Source: Candidatus Woesebacteria bacterium (GTDB lineage Bacteria > Patescibacteriota > Microgenomatia > UBA8517). Taken from it: a stretch of 64,000 nucleotides of DNA. This document shows positions 50,814 to 59,555 of this stretch, in pieces. Within the stretch, counting starts at the first letter, position 1; the number at the start of each line of letters is the position of its first letter. The stretch is taken from positions 867,141-931,140 of the forward strand of contig CP065002.1 in NCBI GenBank assembly GCA_016700095.1. The letters are read 5' to 3'. A program made the translations under genes and the position numbers. The notes under the pieces are model-generated. The model made no database searches, had not been told where the DNA came from, and was given only the letters and a program-made list of their open reading frames with translations.

Positions 50814-51177
50814 CTAATACATGTTTCTCGGGTGACATTCCCGGAATAGAAGTTACTTTTATCCAAGTACTGTTTCCTTGAGCAAAATGAATTTGACCTG
50901 GCATAATTGTAAAACTCCGTCCAGGTGTGATTGTATGCTCGCGCCCTTCAACGTTAATTATTAGATTGCCTTTTATAACCTCAATTACTTCTTGTGATTG
51001 CCTATGATAATGGGTTATTTTTTTATCAATAACCGCAATATAAACACTTCTTTGTGGATTTAATTCTCTTGATTCAAGTTCACAAATTACTTCACCGGTA
51101 TGAAGTAGATCGTCAACGTATATTTTTTTCCCGGGATAAAGAATTTTCAACTCACTTATTATCTTTTTTGCCTCCAT
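50806..51177 (-). CDS. Small cupin-domain protein (possible sugar isomerase or epimerase)
   Basis: HYHRQSQEVIEVIKGNLIINVEGREHTITPGRSFTIMPGQIHFAQ fits the cupin_2 two-His motif pattern. 123 aa. Confidence 0.5.
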   Translation of the reverse strand: MEAKKIISELKILYPGKKIYVDDLLHTGEVICELESRELNPQRSVYIAVIDKKITHYHRQSQEVIEVIKGNLIINVEGREHTITPGRSFTIMPGQIHFAQGNSTWIKVTSIPGMSPEKHVLVE

Positions 51178-51210
51178 ATTATTTATTGCGTTATTACTTT
51201 GCTCTTTACG

Positions 51211-51954
51211 TTACTTATAATCAGACGGGTAAAGCGTGATTTCAGCCTCATATTCATCTTTCTCAATTATAGCAATAAATTTGTCAGCTACCCACGAAGG
51301 AGTAAAATATGATTTGCCTCGTAAATTTTCCTCAATTTTATCTTCCAGAGACAGTGGGCCGAAATCAGTTAATGTACTACCTAAGTCTATATGAACAAAA
51401 TGAATATTCGACCCATGATATTCAGCGGCAAGTGACAAAGTCATTCCCCTCAAGGCATATTTCGTGGCACAATATACACTCCTGCAAGGAGTAGGGATTT
51501 TACCCATACCCGAACCCACATTTATAACGACAGAGTCCTCGGATTTTTTAAGGTGAGGCAGAAGTTCTTTTGTTAAGTAAAAGGGTGTCGTTACGTTTAT
51601 CGCAACACTATCTTCCCATTCATTAATACCTGCATCTTCTAAACTTTTGTATACACCAACACCAGCTGCATTTACCAAAATATCAATTTTTTCAGTTAAA
51701 CCCAGTATCTTTTCCGCCGTCTCTTTAACTTTTTGTGTTTTTGTTGCATCCATTTGAATGTACTCATGACCATCTCCATCGAGTCTGTCAATCAAATCCT
51801 TGAGTTTACTTTCAGTCCTAGACAGTAAAATAAGTTTCACTCCCTTTTGGGCTAACTTAACTGAAAGTACTGAGCCAATTCCACCAGTTGCACCTGTAAT
51901 AACCGCCGTTTTATTTTTCAAATTCATACTTGATATTACCATATTCGTATTCAC
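51211..51954 (-). CDS. Classical short-chain dehydrogenase/reductase (SDR)
   Basis: KTAVITGATGGIGSVLSVKLAQKG (TGxxxGxG), NAAGVG, and the catalytic YCATKYAL (YxxxK). The start may be ATG at 51927. Confidence 0.8.
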   Translation of the reverse strand: MNTNMVISSMNLKNKTAVITGATGGIGSVLSVKLAQKGVKLILLSRTESKLKDLIDRLDGDGHEYIQMDATKTQKVKETAEKILGLTEKIDILVNAAGVGVYKSLEDAGINEWEDSVAINVTTPFYLTKELLPHLKKSEDSVVINVGSGMGKIPTPCRSVYCATKYALRGMTLSLAAEYHGSNIHFVHIDLGSTLTDFGPLSLEDKIEENLRGKSYFTPSWVADKFIAIIEKDEYEAEITLYPSDYK

Positions 51955-51991
51955 TCTTGCCCTGTGAGTTTAAAATAATTAAAATACTTGT

Positions 51992-52924
51992 ATGCCTACA
52001 AAAATATTCGGCCACAAAGCACCAGATACCGATACCATATGCTCTGCTGTTTCCTATGCATGGTTTCTAAATCAAAAAGACATTGATGCAAAGGCTTATA
52101 GATTGGGAGACTTAAACAAAGAAACACAGTTCGTGTTGGAAAATTTTAATGTCCCTTCACCTGATTTGCTTGGTCACCTTGAGGAAAAAGATAAAGTAGT
52201 AATTGTCGATACCAACAATCCAGAAGAATTACCTGACGACCTTCAAAAGGCCGAAATAATTCAAGTGATTGATCACCACAAATTAACAGGTGGAATTAAA
52301 ACTAACTATCCCATACCGGTAATAATTAAGCCACTTGCTTCAACGGCTACGATTATTTGGAAGCACATAAAACATTCCGGAATTGAAATCGACCTGGCAA
52401 ATGCAGGACTTCTACTCGCAGGGATAATATCCGATACCTTGAATTTAACCAGCCCTACGACAACCGAGAAAGACAGAAGCGCTGTTAAAGAGCTAAACGA
52501 AATTGTCAAACTAGATATCAATGAATTTGCCGGTAAAATGTTTGAAGCGAAGGGTGATTTAACGGGCATGTCGCCTAGGCAAATTGTTTTAGTGGATAGT
52601 AAGATTTTTGAGTTTGGAACGAAGAAAGTTCGGATATCCGTGTTAGAAACAACCAAACCCGATAATGCGCTAAATATGCAATCTGATTTAGAAAAGGATT
52701 TACAAGAATTGAAACTTAAGGAAAATCTCGATTTCGCATTTTTCTTTGCAGTCGATATTCTTAACTCAAGAGCAGTACTCATATCTGGTACTAACGAAGA
52801 AAATAATCTTGCCGAAGAAGCTTTTAACGCTAAGTTTGAGAACGGTAGAATTATGCTCCCCGGTGTAGTGTCACGCAAAAAACAAATAGTACCCGTACTC
52901 CAGACTGTAATCGAAAAACTCTAG
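51992..52924 (+). CDS. ppaC: Family II (Mn-dependent, DHH-family) inorganic pyrophosphatase
   Basis: IFGHKAPDTDTICSAVSYAWFL (H-x-x-PD-x-D motif) and VIDHHKL (DHH motif). The 310-aa length is typical of PpaC. Confidence 0.85.
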   Translation: MPTKIFGHKAPDTDTICSAVSYAWFLNQKDIDAKAYRLGDLNKETQFVLENFNVPSPDLLGHLEEKDKVVIVDTNNPEELPDDLQKAEIIQVIDHHKLTGGIKTNYPIPVIIKPLASTATIIWKHIKHSGIEIDLANAGLLLAGIISDTLNLTSPTTTEKDRSAVKELNEIVKLDINEFAGKMFEAKGDLTGMSPRQIVLVDSKIFEFGTKKVRISVLETTKPDNALNMQSDLEKDLQELKLKENLDFAFFFAVDILNSRAVLISGTNEENNLAEEAFNAKFENGRIMLPGVVSRKKQIVPVLQTVIEKL

Positions 52925-52979
52925 ATAAAGCATAGTATAAAAAGACAACATAATTTAAATTTTTGCGAAAGTAGTATAA

Positions 52980-54182
52980 TTGTTGCAAATGAAAAAATAC
53001 TACGGCGAAGAAACGCGAAAGGCGCTTGATAATTTCCACATGACCAACACCCCGGTTGATCTTCGTTTGATTAAAGCGGTCGCAATTGTAAAACTTGCAG
53101 CCATTAAAGCAAACGTAAAAACCGGCAAAATAAAAAGAGAGCTCGGTCGACCGATAATCAAGGCGGCTAAAGAAGTAATTGACGGAAAACTTGACACTCA
53201 ATTCCCGACCGACCAAATCCAAGGTGGTGCCGGTACGTCAATAAATATGAATGTAAATGAAGTGATTACATCTCGAGCAAATGAAATACTAGGCAGTAGT
53301 TCTATTCATTATTTAGATCATGTCAATTCATCGCAATCAACAAACGATGTAATTCCAACCGCTATAAGAATCGTAATTCTTGAAGAGCTCGGCAAATATT
53401 TGATTTCGTTAAATAAATTGTCAATTACATTTGCCAAAAAAGAAAAAGAGTTTTGCAATATTGTTAAAGTAGGAAGAACCCATTTGCAAGACGCTGTACC
53501 GATTACCTTGGGTCGAGAATTCGGCGCATACAAGAATTTAATCAAAAGAGATATTAAAAGACTTGAGGAAATAAAAAAATATCTTCTTATCACCAATCTG
53601 GGTGGTACAGCAATCGGAACAAGTGAAAATGCTTCCAAAGACTATATCACAGCTATTCATGAATACTTAGAAATGGAAACGGGCTATAAATTCACACCAT
53701 CACATGACTTAGTCGATGCTACTCAAAACATCGACCCCTTGATCCACGCTTCGTATCTCATACAGCTTTCCAGTGTGGGAATATCCAAAATTTGTAGTGA
53801 CTTAAGACTACTTGCCTCAGGACCGCGTGCAGGGTTAGCTGAAATACTTTTACCATCATACCAAAAAGGTTCAAGCATAATGCCGGGAAAAACTAACCCC
53901 GTTATACTGGAAGCTTTTAACCAAGTCACATATCAGGTAATTGGCAATACCCAAGTAGCTACACAAGTAATTCTTGCCGGTGAACTAGAGTTGAACACCA
54001 TGCTTCCCGTTTTTTCAAAGACGATAATAGAGTCATTAACTTTTTTAACCAACGGCATCAATTCGGTAAATGATACCGTTTCAACAATAAAGGCAAATTC
54101 CGAAAAAATTCAATCTAACCTTGATACTAGTCTTGTACTGTCGACTCAATTGTCAAAATTCATTGGATACGACAGAGCATAG
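52980..54182 (+). CDS. Class II fumarase/aspartase-family lyase, terminated by an in-frame TAG about 40 codons before the expected end
   Basis: Signature GSSIMPGKTNP (the GSSxMPxKxN motif), and YGEETRKALDNF at the N-terminus. The protein ends ...IGYDRA* while homologs continue. Confidence 0.75.
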   Translation: MLQMKKYYGEETRKALDNFHMTNTPVDLRLIKAVAIVKLAAIKANVKTGKIKRELGRPIIKAAKEVIDGKLDTQFPTDQIQGGAGTSINMNVNEVITSRANEILGSSSIHYLDHVNSSQSTNDVIPTAIRIVILEELGKYLISLNKLSITFAKKEKEFCNIVKVGRTHLQDAVPITLGREFGAYKNLIKRDIKRLEEIKKYLLITNLGGTAIGTSENASKDYITAIHEYLEMETGYKFTPSHDLVDATQNIDPLIHASYLIQLSSVGISKICSDLRLLASGPRAGLAEILLPSYQKGSSIMPGKTNPVILEAFNQVTYQVIGNTQVATQVILAGELELNTMLPVFSKTIIESLTFLTNGINSVNDTVSTIKANSEKIQSNLDTSLVLSTQLSKFIGYDRA

Positions 54183-54308
54183 TTTCTGGTGACTAAAGCT
54201 ATTGAACACACATCTCAACTAAAAGACGAAGCTATAAACGACAACATCGATGCTCATATAATTGACGCGGTGTTTGGTAAAACAAAGACCGTGAAGAAGT
54301 TTTATTAA
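54183..54308 (+). other. In-frame continuation of the fumarase-family ORF after the TAG (41 codons), retaining homology to the fumarase C-terminus
   Basis: FLVTKAIEHTSQLKDEAINDNIDAHIIDAVFGKTKT is read in the same frame immediately after TAG. This parallels FumC ...[25 protein letters not shown].... Confidence 0.45.
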
Positions 54309-55177
54309 GACTTAATACTCCCTACCCAATACTTCCAATAAGCAAGGGGGAAGTGCATCGCCGAGTAAGCTGACCACAGAAAACCGCGAATTCCATCTTT
54401 GTAACCTTTGTGGCGGATAAATAACATAACAAAAAGATAAGTGGGTTTAATAAATGAAAAATACATAAATTTCCTTTTATTTTTTTTGATTCCAACTTTT
54501 TCCATTTGTCCAGCCGTTATACTTGTATATCTATCGGCGCGATAAAGATAACGATCCAAAGTAGGAGATTCATGGTGTTCAAGATCATTAAACAACCAAG
54601 CAATTTCCCCATCAACTTCCATCAGTTCATGAACGCTTTTGGCAGGTAAACGAGCTTTCCCCTGTTTAATTAAACGAATTACGGCATCCGGATAAACTCC
54701 TGCATGCTTAAGCGGTTTACCGACAAAGTAATTTATACGAGGAATAAAAAATGCACATATTTCACCGGTTTCTTTTCCCAAAGAACCATCTCTTTGCCTA
54801 ATAATTTTTTCGTGTCTTTGGAATAGCTTCCATTTTTTAAGATCTATAATCTTCCTTGACCTTATTTTGTCGTCGTTATTATTTAATATGTTTTGTATTT
54901 CAATTGCTAATTCCTTGGAAACTCTTTCGTCAGCATCAAGTTGTAATATCCAATCTCCTTTTGCTTTTTCGATGGCAAATTGCTTTGTCTGATGGAAGTT
55001 TGTTGTGTGTTTGAATTCATATACTTTAGCACCACATTCTCTGGCAATTGCTATAGTTTTATCAATTGAACCATCGTCAACCACGATTATCTCATCAGCA
55101 ATTGATTTTACGGACAGTAAACAACTTTTTATATTATTTTGTTCGTTTTGAACCGCAAGAACAACTGATAATTTCAT
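54305..55177 (-). CDS. GT2 glycosyltransferase
   Basis: LSVVLAVQNEQNNI...IIVVDDGSIDKT...LQLDADERV (DXD). Confidence 0.75.
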   Translation of the reverse strand: MKLSVVLAVQNEQNNIKSCLLSVKSIADEIIVVDDGSIDKTIAIARECGAKVYEFKHTTNFHQTKQFAIEKAKGDWILQLDADERVSKELAIEIQNILNNNDDKIRSRKIIDLKKWKLFQRHEKIIRQRDGSLGKETGEICAFFIPRINYFVGKPLKHAGVYPDAVIRLIKQGKARLPAKSVHELMEVDGEIAWLFNDLEHHESPTLDRYLYRADRYTSITAGQMEKVGIKKNKRKFMYFSFIKPTYLFVMLFIRHKGYKDGIRGFLWSAYSAMHFPLAYWKYWVGSIKS

Positions 55178-55183
55178 AGTGAA

Positions 55184-56608
55184 TTAATACCAAAACTGAT
55201 CTTGAAAATTAATAATAGTTTTGATATTTAGGTGGAGAGCAATTATTGTAAATATAACTAAAATTACTTGCACGATTCTCTTAATAATATTATTATTCGT
55301 TAATTCATACAACATTGGTGGTGTAAGTAATCCTACAAAAGTGTATTGAAATTTTCTAATTTCACTGAGACCAAATTTCTTTTCACCAGTACCATAAATA
55401 TAACTTGAAGCAAACGGAACTGTTAAGACAAAAAAGGTAGAAAGTAATTTTGGTTTTTTTATAACATTTATTATGACATCCGCCATTGCCCATGCTAAGA
55501 ACGGGTAAAAGGGAATTCTATACCAACCTTTGCTGTGCCCTGACATAATGAAAAAAAACACCAAATACGACCCGAGAAAAACTGGAATTATAATATCTTT
55601 TAAGTTTATCTTCCTCCTTTCTCTACTTTGAATACCAATAGCAAATGCTGATATCCAACCAAAAATAATCCAACCATCAACATCCATAACTTTCTCGCCT
55701 ATCCTATATGTAACAAACAAACTAAATATATTCCCTGGTAGATATAACTCCCTACCGCTTGACACATTAATAATTTTGAGAAATATATCTATGTTATAAA
55801 AATATCCATAAACAAACCACGCGAAGACAAAAAGAAATATTGTCCCGGCTAAAACAAGTGATTGTTTGTAGTATTTTAACGCAAATAGGCATCCAAACAC
55901 TGCAATGGGAACGAATATACCAGGAGTTTTATACATTAAACTCGAAGCGCTAACAAAAGAAAGAAGCAAGAGTACAATTATGTTTTTTCTTTTTGTATAT
56001 ATCAACAAAAGCAAAATTGACAACATTGAAGAAAAAGCTATCATGTTCTCGGATAACACCAAACGACTACTTAAAACGAAAGTGGGCACAGTAGCATAGA
56101 TCATAGATGCCAAAAGTGCCTCTATATATCCATGCGTTAACCAAACAACAATAAAAAGTATAAATATACTAAGGGTTGCCAGTTTTATCATCGGATATCT
56201 AACAAGCCCGACATCAACATTTTCGAGATCATATATTCCTTTTGTATACAAATAGCCACCGGTTAACAAACCAAATCCGGGTGGTTCATCAAACCACGGC
56301 TTCACCATTCTAAATTTAGTTCCTCTTATTGTTACCATTGGGAAATCTCCATAATCATCCCAAAAAGACCATGAACTAGGTACTTTATCCTTAATCAGGC
56401 TTAGTCCATTAAAAGGAGCTTTGTATTCATCAGCGGTGTCATTGATTGGGGGGAAAAACGTAAATTTTTCCATACGCAAGTTAAAGCCAAGTCTCGCAAC
56501 TATATATGCAGTAATTAGAACGACAATTAGTTTAGCTGTTTTGTGCGTATTAAAATAGTTTATAACTTTATGTATTCTTTCTCTCAATATTTTATATGTT
56601 ATCGACAT
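55184..56608 (-). CDS. GT-C glycosyltransferase, PMT_2/GT39-like (474 aa)
   Basis: VKPWFDEPPGFGLLTGGYLYTKG is a DE-containing first-loop motif. About 11 TM helices. Confidence 0.6.
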   Translation of the reverse strand: MSITYKILRERIHKVINYFNTHKTAKLIVVLITAYIVARLGFNLRMEKFTFFPPINDTADEYKAPFNGLSLIKDKVPSSWSFWDDYGDFPMVTIRGTKFRMVKPWFDEPPGFGLLTGGYLYTKGIYDLENVDVGLVRYPMIKLATLSIFILFIVVWLTHGYIEALLASMIYATVPTFVLSSRLVLSENMIAFSSMLSILLLLIYTKRKNIIVLLLLSFVSASSLMYKTPGIFVPIAVFGCLFALKYYKQSLVLAGTIFLFVFAWFVYGYFYNIDIFLKIINVSSGRELYLPGNIFSLFVTYRIGEKVMDVDGWIIFGWISAFAIGIQSRERRKINLKDIIIPVFLGSYLVFFFIMSGHSKGWYRIPFYPFLAWAMADVIINVIKKPKLLSTFFVLTVPFASSYIYGTGEKKFGLSEIRKFQYTFVGLLTPPMLYELTNNNIIKRIVQVILVIFTIIALHLNIKTIINFQDQFWY

Positions 56609-56626
56609 CTATAGCTGGTTTTCATT

Positions 56627-57904
56627 TTATAATTTATTTATTATATTTGCCACCTTTTCACCCAATTCAACTGCGTAATTTGTTCCTCTATCCCAAGGAT
56701 AAACTTGTTGAATGTTAGCTAAGTACAGACCTTCAATTGGAGTTTCAAAAGGTGGTATTTGCTTAGAATAATTAAGGGGAATTATTGGTTGTGCAAACGA
56801 AGCCTTGAATACATAGCTATCATTTATCCAAGACTTATTAAAAGATCGATTAATTCTTTTTAACGACGTGGTAAATTCATTAACGAGTGCTTCTTGTGTA
56901 TATGAGAAATACTTATGATTAACGGGTAAATAATTTCCAATATAAACTAAGTTTTCATCGTTGTAGTGTTTTTTATCTATAAGATGTGTATGTTCGACAA
57001 CAGCGAGAAATGGAAACGATGTATCGTTCACATTTAACCAATAAGTATTGTCTTTTAGAAATTCGTGTTTTAATGACAACAGAAGTGTTATGGCGCCCAA
57101 TCCCTTAAGCGGTTTTAAACTATTTATATAACCTTGGGGTAACCCGCTTGTTAATTTTATAAACATACTCGTTGGAAGAGTGCAAATCACAAAATCATAT
57201 TCGTTAGGTGTTCGCCCCTTGTTTGTGATTAATATTCCCTTTTTAGTTTTTTCAATTCCAATTGTTTCTTCATTGTAAATAATTTTTCCTCCTTCTTTCT
57301 GAAATTCATCTGCGATGCTTTGCGCAAACGCTTGAAAACCCTCCTCGGGATATCCCAAAGCCGAACTTCTTTTTTTTATTCTTGCCCAAAACCATGATGC
57401 CGGAATCTCTTTGGAGAAGTCACCAAACTTACCTTCCATCAAAGGTTGCCAAATTAATTGCCAAGATTTTCTACCCATATATCTTTCCAGATAATTATGA
57501 GCAGTCTGCGATTCCATTTTTTTCCAAAAAGGCGTAGTTTTTAAATAAGCAAGTACCATGCCGGTTCGAATCCTGTCAGTTACGGATAATTGGGAAAATT
57601 GCAGTAAACTTAAGGGGCTGTCAAGTTGAAATAATTCATCTTTAATAATAACTGATGTTTTTGGTCTAGAAAAAATTATCGGGTGATGTATTTCTTTGGC
57701 AAGTTTTTTGATATACGTATCTGAAGTAAACCAATGATGATAGTGTTCTTCAATAGCCCACTCCCATTTGCCGGCTCGAAAGCCACTCGCCAAACCGCCG
57801 GGTTTTGATGAGGATTCATAAATAGTTACACCGTGTCCCTTTTTTGCCAAAGTTAAACCAGCCGTTAGGCCCACATAACCAGCACCGATTATTCCAATTT
57901 TCAT
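56627..57904 (-). CDS. Rossmann-fold FAD/NAD(P)-dependent oxidoreductase (amine-oxidase / protoporphyrinogen-oxidase / UDP-galactopyranose-mutase-like superfamily)
   Basis: MKIGIIGAGYVGLTAGLTLAKKGHGVTIYESSSKPGGLASGF is a GxGxxG dinucleotide-binding motif followed by an acidic residue and GG. 425 aa. Confidence 0.6.
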   Translation of the reverse strand: MKIGIIGAGYVGLTAGLTLAKKGHGVTIYESSSKPGGLASGFRAGKWEWAIEEHYHHWFTSDTYIKKLAKEIHHPIIFSRPKTSVIIKDELFQLDSPLSLLQFSQLSVTDRIRTGMVLAYLKTTPFWKKMESQTAHNYLERYMGRKSWQLIWQPLMEGKFGDFSKEIPASWFWARIKKRSSALGYPEEGFQAFAQSIADEFQKEGGKIIYNEETIGIEKTKKGILITNKGRTPNEYDFVICTLPTSMFIKLTSGLPQGYINSLKPLKGLGAITLLLSLKHEFLKDNTYWLNVNDTSFPFLAVVEHTHLIDKKHYNDENLVYIGNYLPVNHKYFSYTQEALVNEFTTSLKRINRSFNKSWINDSYVFKASFAQPIIPLNYSKQIPPFETPIEGLYLANIQQVYPWDRGTNYAVELGEKVANIINKL

Positions 57905-57906
57905 AA

Positions 57907-59553
57907 TTAATTTGCTACAATTTTATAAGCGGTACTACCATTTGGAAACTTAATAGTCTTAACAATATTAGCCGCATCAGGAATTTCCTCATCAGTCCCA
58001 ACTATGAGTGAATTAGGATAAGTGTTGGGGGTGTTGGGCCATTCAATTGAATTAAATCTAAACTTTTCAAATTCTCTGACAGTTGAAAAACCATACCCAT
58101 CACGAGGGGACAAAACATGTGCTCCCTGAAATTCGGCGGTGGGAACTTTGAGATAAAACAAAGTTAAAATGTATGGTTGATCATACCGATCAGTAATAAT
58201 TATATAATCAAACTCATCTTTCACACTTTCAACATAAGAGATCATTTCTTGAAATCCGTATTGCGAAGAATAAGGATATGCACGAGGCATGTGAAAATTA
58301 TATAAATATTCATATCTCGCAAACGACCAGACTAACATGATGAACATAATTGGAAATAATGTGTATTTTAATAAAGTATTTTGTTTAAATATATTAAGCA
58401 TGTTTGTCAAACCATATGCCGATATAAGGCAAAGGGGTATTATCATGTTATGAGAACGAAGTGCATGTGGCGATTGAAAAGTTAATGCGGCAGCAAAAGG
58501 AGCAATCAAAAGCCACCAAAGCATAAAACTCCATTTACTATTTACTCCTCTTGAAATGAAATAAAGGCCAGCGATCAAAAGCAGTGAATCAATCAAATAC
58601 ATCTGGCCGTGGTCGGGGACTTTATTGCGTTGAATATCATCGCCTGATATAAACAAAAAGTCTCCCGAGAAGTGCTCTCCCCAATTTTCTGCAATCGCAA
58701 TAGCATAATTTACGAGTTTGTTGTGGATTAATTCAGCCACTAGACCATCAACGTTTTCATGTTCGCCGCGCTGTTCATTAATTTTATTTAATGGTCCAAT
58801 ATCAGCAAATATTCCTACTCCGGCGGCACGCGACATACCTGCCTCTCCGGTTAAATCTTTTGCAAGCGGCAGCAGAAGGACCAATCCGAAGATCCCAGCA
58901 ATTAGTATGGGTTTAAAATTTTTCAGTAAATATTTAAAATTACTAAGTACATATCCAAGTAATAAAAGTGGGATCACAATTCTTGCGGCATGATAAGTAT
59001 ATAGGCCAAGGACAAAAAACAAAGATGAGTATTTGAAATACCTAGTATTCTTAGCGGATTTCACCAGGAACAAGACACCTATTGTTATAAAAAACGTAGC
59101 AATATTTACTTCCCATCCACCTCTTGAAAAATGTATATGCCACGGAGAAATAGCCAAAAATAATGCTGCAATAGTAGGAAAATCGAGTGTCAAATTTAAT
59201 ATTTTTATTTTTACGTCTTTTCCGCGTAGTTCTTTGGCTAATAGGTAGATAAGAATAATAGTTGCAGTTCCCATTAGCGCGCCGGGGGCTCTTACCACCC
59301 ATATGTTAAGACCCAATAGTTTAACAAACGGCAATACAATATAGAAATATAAACCTGGTTTATAATCATTAAACGATTGGAAGTGAAGCGGCCATGCGTT
59401 GCCGTGTTCATCCATTCCTGTATTTACCAAACTCCAAGCATTGTAACCAATTGCAGCCTCGTCGGCGTTTAATGCAGGCAATGTGTTTAATCTATTAAAT
59501 CGCAAATACAACCCTAAAATTAGTATTAATATTATCAATATGTTTTTTCTCAT
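57907..59553 (-). CDS. GT-C glycosyltransferase, ArnT/PMT (GT39/PMT_2)-like. Tandem paralog 1 of 4.
   Basis: LRFNRLNTLPALNADEAAIGYNAWSL (DE motif), WHIHFSRGGWE motif, about 12 TM helices. Confidence 0.7.
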   Translation of the reverse strand: MRKNILIILILILGLYLRFNRLNTLPALNADEAAIGYNAWSLVNTGMDEHGNAWPLHFQSFNDYKPGLYFYIVLPFVKLLGLNIWVVRAPGALMGTATIILIYLLAKELRGKDVKIKILNLTLDFPTIAALFLAISPWHIHFSRGGWEVNIATFFITIGVLFLVKSAKNTRYFKYSSLFFVLGLYTYHAARIVIPLLLLGYVLSNFKYLLKNFKPILIAGIFGLVLLLPLAKDLTGEAGMSRAAGVGIFADIGPLNKINEQRGEHENVDGLVAELIHNKLVNYAIAIAENWGEHFSGDFLFISGDDIQRNKVPDHGQMYLIDSLLLIAGLYFISRGVNSKWSFMLWWLLIAPFAAALTFQSPHALRSHNMIIPLCLISAYGLTNMLNIFKQNTLLKYTLFPIMFIMLVWSFARYEYLYNFHMPRAYPYSSQYGFQEMISYVESVKDEFDYIIITDRYDQPYILTLFYLKVPTAEFQGAHVLSPRDGYGFSTVREFEKFRFNSIEWPNTPNTYPNSLIVGTDEEIPDAANIVKTIKFPNGSTAYKIVAN

Positions 59554-59555
59554 AA

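Noticed and set aside
54180-54182. Possibility that the in-frame TAG in the fumarase-family gene reflects an alternative genetic code with stop-codon reassignment
   Set aside because: TAG clearly terminates other well-supported genes in the window, and long ORFs are intact under the standard code, so a global recoding is not supported. A local nonsense mutation or sequencing error is more parsimonious.
56627-57904. Assigning the flavoenzyme specifically as UDP-galactopyranose mutase (glf)
   Set aside because: The N-terminal dinucleotide-binding motif is shared by the whole amine-oxidase, PPO and Glf superfamily. Without a profile search the specific assignment is not supportable. Kept as generic FAD/NAD(P) oxidoreductase.
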